This document shows positions 10,454 to 16,886 of a stretch of DNA of 16,886 bases, piece after piece. The notes under the pieces were generated by a model. That model worked only from the letters and a program-made list of their open reading frames with translations. It made no database searches and had not been told where the DNA came from. Made by a program: the position numbers and the translations under genes. The stretch covers positions 1-16,886 of the forward strand of contig JBJCIZ010000433.1 of assembly GCA_051294375.1 (NCBI GenBank), given 5' to 3'. The stretch is from Paraspadella gotoi (lineage: Eukaryota; Animalia; Chaetognatha). Position 1 is the stretch's first letter. Every line of letters begins with the position of its first letter.

Positions 10454-10539
10454 AAGAGAAGAGAGAGAGAGAGAGAGAGAAGAGAGAAGAGAGAGAGAAA
10501 GATGAAATTGCAGGAGGTCGTTCACTCTTTTGGTTTTAA
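9948..10539 (+). CDS. Candidate 3' exons of an unknown spliced gene (9948-10003, 10301-10371, 10514-10539)
   Basis: Acceptors TTTATAG (9947), TGTTCCAG (10300), ATTGCAG (10513); donors GTCAGT (10004), GTAGAG (10372). Joined frame QITIKDNKLRELRTSARPMMNNQQTRNFDWNLHKPIRSRKKIRGRSLFWF*. No homology recognised. Confidence 0.22.
10374..10500 (+). repeat. (GA)n microsatellite
   Basis: Long, lightly interrupted GA run. Confidence 0.96.
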
Positions 10540-10807
10540 CCATTTTAAATTTAAAAACATGGTTTTTTTCTTTTACGGCAAAACCGAGAAGCAGAGAGAG
10601 AGAGAGAGAGAGAGAGAGAGCAGAGAGAGAGGAGAGGAGAGCGAATTCGAAAGCCTGAAGCACAAATCAACAAGTAATTGGTTTTGACAACCAAAACCAG
10701 ATTTCTACTTTTCTTTTTTCTTTTCTTTTTTTTCCTCTCGACGCACCTTTTCCTTACCCAATTCCTTGGTCTGTCTTACTGTCCGACGGTCTTGTTTTTT
10801 CTGTTCT

Positions 10808-10838
<31 letters not shown>

Positions 10839-11364
10839 TCACTCTCCCTCCCTCTGAGTTCCCTTTTGACTTCTCTTTGTTAAAAAGAAAGAATTGCCAG
10901 AAAAAAAGTGTTTTTTTTGATTAAAGGAAAAGTGAAAAGGAAAAGAGTCACAAAAGAAAAGTTGTCCTTGTTTCTCTCTTTTGAATGAAAATCGCGGCAG
11001 AGAAAAATAGAAGCTTAAAACATTTTTGAAAATTTTTTTAAAAAACGAACAAACAAAAACTGAAATTTTTACTTGAAATTCATATTTGGTTGATAATTGG
11101 AAAAATTTATAATAAAACGATTATCATTCGGGCTCAATAAAATTTTAAACGTCTATATTTTTGCGAGAAATAAAACAGTTTTATTTTCGTTTTTCTTTAA
11201 CTTATAGTTATATTTCTACAATAATATATATATAGTTATATAGCTATACTTTCTTCTCGCTTATATTCCCCACATAACCAGAGTCAAAGGGCTTAACGTT
11301 ATTGTATCCTTTATCTCCTTCTCTCTCTGTTCCGCTTCCTTGTCTTTCTTCTCCTCCGCCCCTC

Positions 11365-12374
11365 TCATCTTTTCATCTTCTTCTCTCCATCTTCCTCGCT
11401 CATCTCCTTCCCTTCTTCCTTCTTCTTCTTCCTCTGGTCATTTCGTCTCCCTCTCTCTCCTCCCCTTCGTCTCAGACTCCTCTCTTCCTCCTTCATCTCC
11501 TTTCTATACTCCAAAAGAAAATCTTCCACCAGCTCCTCGATCAACTCCGAAGGTTGCGGCATTCGATTTTTCGGCGAATGCGGAAAATTCGGCATTTGAC
11601 GGTCCGACTGTCGCGTTGGCTTTGAACGCAAGCATTGGGCAATAGTTGCAGCATTGCAAGATCAAAACTGCGGCATTAAAGCGCGTCTTTAAACTAGTGT
11701 ATGAAAGTTGACTAAAAGAGTTCTTAAGAAAAGAAAGACATTTTTAATTTGACAAACTTTGTCCACAGTTGTGCTCGTCGCAAAGCGTAGACTGACAGTT
11801 CGAAGGCTGGACGTGAAATTCGACGTAAGAGACGAAAATCCACATTTTCCTGATGGAAAAAAGGCAGATTCCAAGATGGCCGCTTACTCAACTCGGGCAA
11901 ACAGCATTTCGAAGTCAAATAAAGATCTCATCCGCGATGAAGTCGAACGCATCGACTCACGCAGCATCTTTAAATATCGCAGCATCGATCGCGTCTCCAG
12001 CCGCACCGACTTCCCCATCAATCGCCTCGTCCGTGACCGACACGCCCACTGTTGCGACGCCTCCTCCGCCAATTTGCGACGAATTCTCGCCGCCAAAAAT
12101 CCTCTCAATTCCGACTCGGATGCGGCATCGAATCGGAGCTCCGTCGCCCGCACCGCTGCGCCCTCTACCGATAAACCGCCACCGGTCGTCGCCGCCGATC
12201 CTCCGCTATCCGACGCCGCCGCCGCCATAAACCGATCGACGATCGTTTCCACGACGACGCGTTTATGCAAATGAGATTGAAGCTCGTCGCGCGGGAGAGA
12301 GGAGGAATCAATCCAGGGAGGAAGAAGGGGGGAGGACGACGACGAGGAAGAAGAAGACGACGACGACGACGATA

Positions 12375-12408
<34 letters not shown>

Positions 12409-12729
12409 TGCGTTCGATTTAAATTCGTCGTCTTCCTCTTTTACTTCTGTCAAAGACGACGACGCCGACGACGACGACGACGCCGACGACGACGACGATT
12501 CGTCATCGCGGATTTTCTCTGCTTCTTCTTTCGCCGCCGCTGACGCCGCTGACGCTGACGCCGACGCCGACGCCGGAATTTCATTCGCCGCGACGCCCCA
12601 GCGGCATAAATCAAGCGGCGGCGTTGACGCCGGCTTCGACTTCCGACTCTCGCGGCGCCGTTTCTTCGCCGCGGCGTCGGGGGGCGGAGTCTGAAGGGAG
12701 ACGATTACGGCGCCGGCGTTGGGGGCGGG

Positions 12730-12770
<41 letters not shown>

Positions 12771-12835
12771 AGTTTCCGTGAGTGATGTCCTCTTTGTCCG
12801 GGAATTTCTTTCGACGAACGCATTCGCGGTCAAAT
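11365..12835 (-). CDS. Divergent nuclear hormone receptor-like gene, 5'-incomplete (hinge + LBD); exons 12835-11758 and 11686-11365; disrupted as assembled
   Basis: Acceptor TTCCACAG then FDRECVRRKK, like the (G)MxxExVRxxR motif directly after NR zinc finger 2. Ala/Ser-rich hinge with KKRRR. QQWAC lies at a helix-3-like position. VE*AAILESAFF-PSGKCGFSS matches helix 8 and loop (EYxLLKAIxLF..GLS). A 71-nt GTTTGT..AAAG intron (11757-11687) joins in phase 0 to TRFNAAVLIL (helix-10-like RFxxLLL). PSELIEELV (LIEELV 11544-11527) matches AF-2 phi-phi-x-E-phi-phi. Requires reading through TAA 11886-11884 and one frameshift, plausibly in the A5 run 11571-11567. Confidence 0.62.
12334..12768 (-). repeat. 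Coding trinucleotide repeats: (GCC)12 poly-Ala at 12768-12733 and (TCG)n poly-Ser at ~12500-12456 and ~12408-12334
   Basis: Repeats are in frame within ORF 11884-13353. Confidence 0.9.
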
Positions 12836-13499
12836 CTGTGGAAGAGAGAGAAGATAAAGAGAGAGGTGAGGAAAAGATAAGTGAGGAAGGAAAGAGAGGA
12901 TGAGTGACAAAGAGAGGTGAAGAGGAAAAGAGAAGTGAAAAAGAAGAGAGGATTGATCGACAAAGAGAGGTGGGGAGGGAAAAGAGAATGTGAAAAAAGA
13001 GGAAGAGAGGATGAGAGGCGACAAAGATAGGTGGGGAGGAATAGATAAGTGAAAAGAAAAGAGGGGATGAGCACAAAGAATAGGTTGAGGAGGAAAAGAG
13101 AGAGTCGGAGGAAAGGAAAGAGCGGGTGTCGGTTGGTCTGGCCGAGTAGAATACGAGAGAGAGAGCAATGATTGAGAATAGTGTTAACGAGAAAGTAGAA
13201 ATTGGCGACGGAGAGAAGAGGACAGAGAGAGAGGAGGAAGGAGAGAGAGAGAGGAGAGAAGAAGAGAGAGAGAGAGAAGAGACAGAGAGAAAGACGGCGG
13301 AGGAATAAGTTTGAATAACTGTGACGAAGATAAGATTGAGGAAAGAATTGCATATTTAAGAGTCAAGTACATGAAGGTCCGATTTAGACCTCAGTGTATC
13401 AATTTAAATGCATTCAGCTACTATATCATTTTTTGAGATTTGGGTTTAAATAATTTTATTTTAATTGTAAGATTATTAAAAACCAATAATCAGAACGAA

Positions 13500-14191
13500 T
13501 TATGTAAAATCTCTCCTCGGACAAACATCGGATTCATTGTACAAAAACGTTTTCAAACCTGAGAGAAGAATTTTTCTTTCTTTTCTTTTTTTTTCTCCTT
13601 TCGATTTTCTTATTCTTTTTCCTTTATATTCTTCGTGTTTTCTCCTTTCTTCCTCCTTCTCGGTCTTCTTCTTCTATTTCTCCTCTCTTGATCTCCTTCC
13701 TTCCTTTCCTTTTCTGTCTTTCCTCCCTTTTCTTCTTTCCTTTCTCTTTCTCCATCTTCCTCCACATTTCAAAATATGATTCTTTTGTTCCGCAACCTTT
13801 CTTTCGTATTTTCTCTTATCTCCTCTCTCCCTTCCTCCCTCCTTCCTCCCTCTCCTCTCTCCTTTTCCTCCCTCTCCTCTCTGCCCTTCCTACTCTCCCT
13901 CCTCCCTCTTCCTCCCTCATTCTCCCCTCGTTACTCCTTAACTTCCTCAAACGCCAGCCCATTTGTCTCCGTCGAGCAGACGTCGCTCGCGCAGTAGAAA
14001 ACGACGGCGGTACGTTGGTCGAGAAAACAGCCATGAGAAAGCGACCTCCGGACGCTAGAGATAGAGCGCCGCGATTTGGTCGAAGGCGGAGTCGAACGGT
14101 CGAAGGAGAATGATGGAAGGTGGAGAAGCTCGTCGCCAGTGTCGAAGGCTGTGTGAGGGGGAGGGGGGAATGGAGAGAGAGAGAGAGAGAG

Positions 14192-14235
<44 letters not shown>

Positions 14236-15941
14236 AGGAGAGAGAAGAGAGAGGAGTAGAGTACAATCCCACCCCTTGACCGCTCCACCCCGCTCGCCCA
14301 GTCTCCACCACCTCATACCTCATCCCACCCTTGGCCGCTCGCACCCGCTCCAGTCTCGGCCTGATCGCCTACTCACGAATCTCAGCTCTGCTCTTCTTCC
14401 CAGTCGACTCGGACCGACTTGTGCTCCTGTTAGACGACAAAAACTGCCACCATAGGAGGAAGAGGAGTCCGAGGACGAAAAAAGAGTTTGGGAGGGATCT
14501 GGGAGTCGAAGAAGGAGTTGTTTTTGGTTTTTGTTGTTTTGGTTCTGTTGTTTTGGTTTGTTGTTTGTTTCGGTTCTTATTGTTTTGGTTTTTGTTTGTA
14601 TTGGTTCTCGTTGTTTTGGTTTTGTTGTTTGGTTCTTGTTGTTTGGTTTTTCGTTGTTTTTGGTTTTTGTTGTATTGGTTTTTGTTGTTTTGGTTCTTGT
14701 TGTTTGGTGTTTTTGTCTGTTTGGTTGGTCGTTGTATTGGGTTCTTGTTGTTTCGGTTTCTAGTTGTTTTTGTTTTTTGGTTCTTTTGGTTTTTTGTTTT
14801 TGATTGTTAGTATTGAACAAAGCAAATCATTATTGATTAATGTGATCAAAATTAAAAAAGGCCGTCACATGACCAGAAATTCAATGCAGCATGATCCAAG
14901 CAGAATATACGGAGTGCATTTTAGTTTAATACCTCTCAGACTTGTAAAGTTATTCAGTGAGATGCTCTTGTGGCCTGAGGCTCATACTTTGTATAGTCGC
15001 CCTGACAACGGCCAATCTTACGCTACGCTGCTTCTCGTGCATATTATGTCTCATACTTGTGTAGTTTCGTGATCATCTGGAAATGCGTTCCACAGTAACG
15101 TCACTGCGGGGGCGACACACCTTGAAGTTTTCCTGCTTCTTGTTTTTTGTTACGGAACACTGAGAGGAGACTCTCTTTTGTCTCTCTCTCTCTCTCTCTC
15201 TCTTCTCGTCTCTACTTTCCTCTCTTCTCTCTCTTCTCTCTCTCTCTCTCTCTCTCCCATACCTGACGGCATTCCTCGTCTTCTCGCTCTTCTCCTCAGC
15301 ATCGGCGACCCACTTGACGAGCGACTCGGTGACCGTTCGCCGACGCCGCATCTACGATGTCGACGACGGCCGTCGAACCGCGGGAGACTTTGCTCCTCCA
15401 TCCTTTCTTTCGTTCCTTTGTCTACTTTGTCCTTGATCGTAGAGTCTTGTCCGTCGTTTCGCTCTCTCTCTTGTCCCTTTATCGGTCGTTTTGTTTTTCC
15501 TTCTTTGACCCGACCGAGTCTTTTGTTTTGTTTGTTTTCTGTTGTTTTTGGTTTTTGTTTTTCTTTCGCGATGAATGCGATGGCACGACGTGTTTGGTCG
15601 TCGAGACTTTCTTCCTCAAGTTCTTCTTCCCCTCTCTTCCTCCTCTTCTCCTCCTTCTTCCTCCCATGCCGTCGTCTCGACCTCGTGATCAGTCCGTTCC
15701 TACCAAATTTTATCATAAGAAAGATTTTTTCTTTTCTTTTCTGTCCTAAGACTAAGTAGATGTACTTTCCATTCGTTGAACCTTCTCTATTTCCTCTTTC
15801 ACTCCAATCTCGGTCCGCCTTTTCTTTTCCCTTACCCCGCTCGTCATTATGCCTCGAAGGTAAGTTCCCAAGCGTCTCTCTCGCCCAAATTCGTTGCATC
15901 CAATCGCTTTCGATTGCGTAACTCGACGGATTCGTCCACAT
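13500..15941 (-). CDS. Candidate multi-exon gene(s) of unknown product; exon-like islands 15941-15836, ~15400-15263, 15159-15057, ~14430-14273, 14148-13943 (or 13935), 13558-13500
   Basis: CpG-rich islands bounded by minus-strand donors GTAAGG (15835), GTATGG (15262), GTATGA (15056), GTTAAG (13942) or GTAACG (13934), and acceptors CTCTCAG (15160, 13559) and CACACAG (14149). I could not build one stop-free frame through all of them. Confidence 0.33.
14266..14357 (+). repeat. Imperfect direct repeat, 2 copies of ~36-40 bp
   Basis: ATCCCACCCCTTGACCGCTCCACCCCGCTCGCCCAGTCTC (14266-14305) vs ATCCCACCCTTGGCCGCTCGCACCCGCTCCAGTCTC (14322-14357). Confidence 0.85.
14518..14808 (+). repeat. (TTTTG/TTG/TTGG)n low-complexity tract
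   Basis: About 290 bp of almost only T and G; GTATTGG followed by T/G-rich sequence recurs three times. Confidence 0.92.
15172..15258 (+). repeat. (CT)n microsatellite
   Basis: Interrupted CT run; lies in a putative minus-strand intron (15262-15160). Confidence 0.92.
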
Positions 15942-16215
15942 TATATTTCGAGATCTTCAGTCCATCTCAGTTGAATGTTTAAATTTAATATTTAAGGATT
16001 TCTAGGATTTAATTATGTTGAACGTAAAATTATGTATCTTAGAACGAAAATTAAACCAAAAATCAAATAATAACTAAATGTAAGAAAAAAATCGAATTGG
16101 AAAAGTAGCTCGCTGCAGTGCAATTAATTGGTTAACCGAAGAAACAAAGAAAGAAATAAACCATTTCATTTTCCTTCCGTTTTGTGATTCTTTTTTTACT
16201 TTCCATAACGGCAAT

Positions 16216-16249
16216 GTCGTCGTTTTAGTCGTCGTCGTCGTGCGTCGTC
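16216..16249 (-). repeat. (GTC)n microsatellite (inverted GAC block)
   Basis: Imperfect GTC run. Confidence 0.85.
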
Positions 16250-16886
16250 ATTGTCGGCCGATTTTCTTTAAATATTTTTTTTTTTTAATTTTTAAGCCAG
16301 ACAGACAAAAGTCGTAGAAATGCATTTTCTTTTTTCTCGCGCAAGAAATTCTATTCGTTATAATCTTTGCGCCAAAAAAAAATAGATGGCAGGAGAAGAA
16401 ATGAAGATGGAAAGGAAAAAAAAAAAAAAAAGAAAAAGGAAAATAGACATTTGTTTTTTCTTTTACCTTTTTTTTTTCAGTGGGAATTTTTTGAGAAAAA
16501 AATTTTACAAAACAATTTTTTGTTTATTTTTTTCTTTATTTTTTTTGGAGCGAAAATTATTTTGTTGCTTTTGTGATCCTCTGATAAAAAGATTGAAAGA
16601 ACTAAAAAACAAAAAAATACAGTAATCTTAAGCATTCAAATAATGACCATAACGTAGTAAGTTTTTTTTTTTTTTAAGTATACAACAGTAGTTATTATGA
16701 CCAGTTAAGCTAGTGTAAAATTGGAACAAACCGCACGAAATCACGGAAAATAACGTTTTAATGTTAGGACATTAACATTTTTTTTAAGAGAGAATAAAGA
16801 GCAGACTAGAGAAAGAGAAGGACGACGGAGAGACAGATAGATGAGAGTGACGTAGAAGTAGAGAGAGAACATCTCCTCTCTTTTTT

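Noticed and set aside
11759-12274. 171-aa plus-strand ORF
   Set aside because: Codon-aligned antisense shadow of the receptor-like frame.
12836-13353. Hydrophobic N-terminal third of the 489-aa ORF as a membrane domain
   Set aside because: It is the translation of a CT-rich tract ending in the acceptor TTCCACAG; intronic low complexity.
4708-14060. Alternative genetic code suggested by in-frame stops in apparent exons
   Set aside because: The stops are of all three types (TGA 4708, TAA 11886, TAG ~14057) and co-occur with frameshifts, which fits sequence error or decay better than codon reassignment.
14320-14820. ORFs rich in K/T/Q/N or F/V/L/C
   Set aside because: Mostly translations of the TTTTG tract.

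Overview
Eukaryotic, animal-like (probably invertebrate) draft-assembly window, not prokaryotic: a 444-nt N gap, an AT-rich microsatellite-free first ~2 kb, then ~14.7 kb in which short CpG-rich islands (likely exons, bounded by GT..AG) alternate with (GA)n/(CT)n, (GAC)n, ATGA-rich and TTTTG-rich tracts and two minisatellites. Nearly all supplied ORFs are translations of simple repeats. The best-supported gene is a 5'-incomplete, divergent nuclear-receptor-like gene on the minus strand (~11365-12835): post-DBD motif, poly-Ala/poly-Ser hinge, LBD helix 8-10-like segments and an AF-2-like LIEELV. It needs one stop read through and one frameshift, and no zinc-finger exon is visible. Weaker spliced models: + 2366-3405, + 4484-4716 (PH-like start), + 9948-10539, - 13500-15941. 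A decayed LINE 3' end and a TTAGGG/G4 motif flank the gap. The sequence looks error-prone, so frame disruptions may be artefacts. All protein assignments are by-eye motif recognition, not database hits. I found no firm evidence of a novel system; the best leads are the apparently DBD-less receptor and GA-repeat-filled introns without polypyrimidine tracts.
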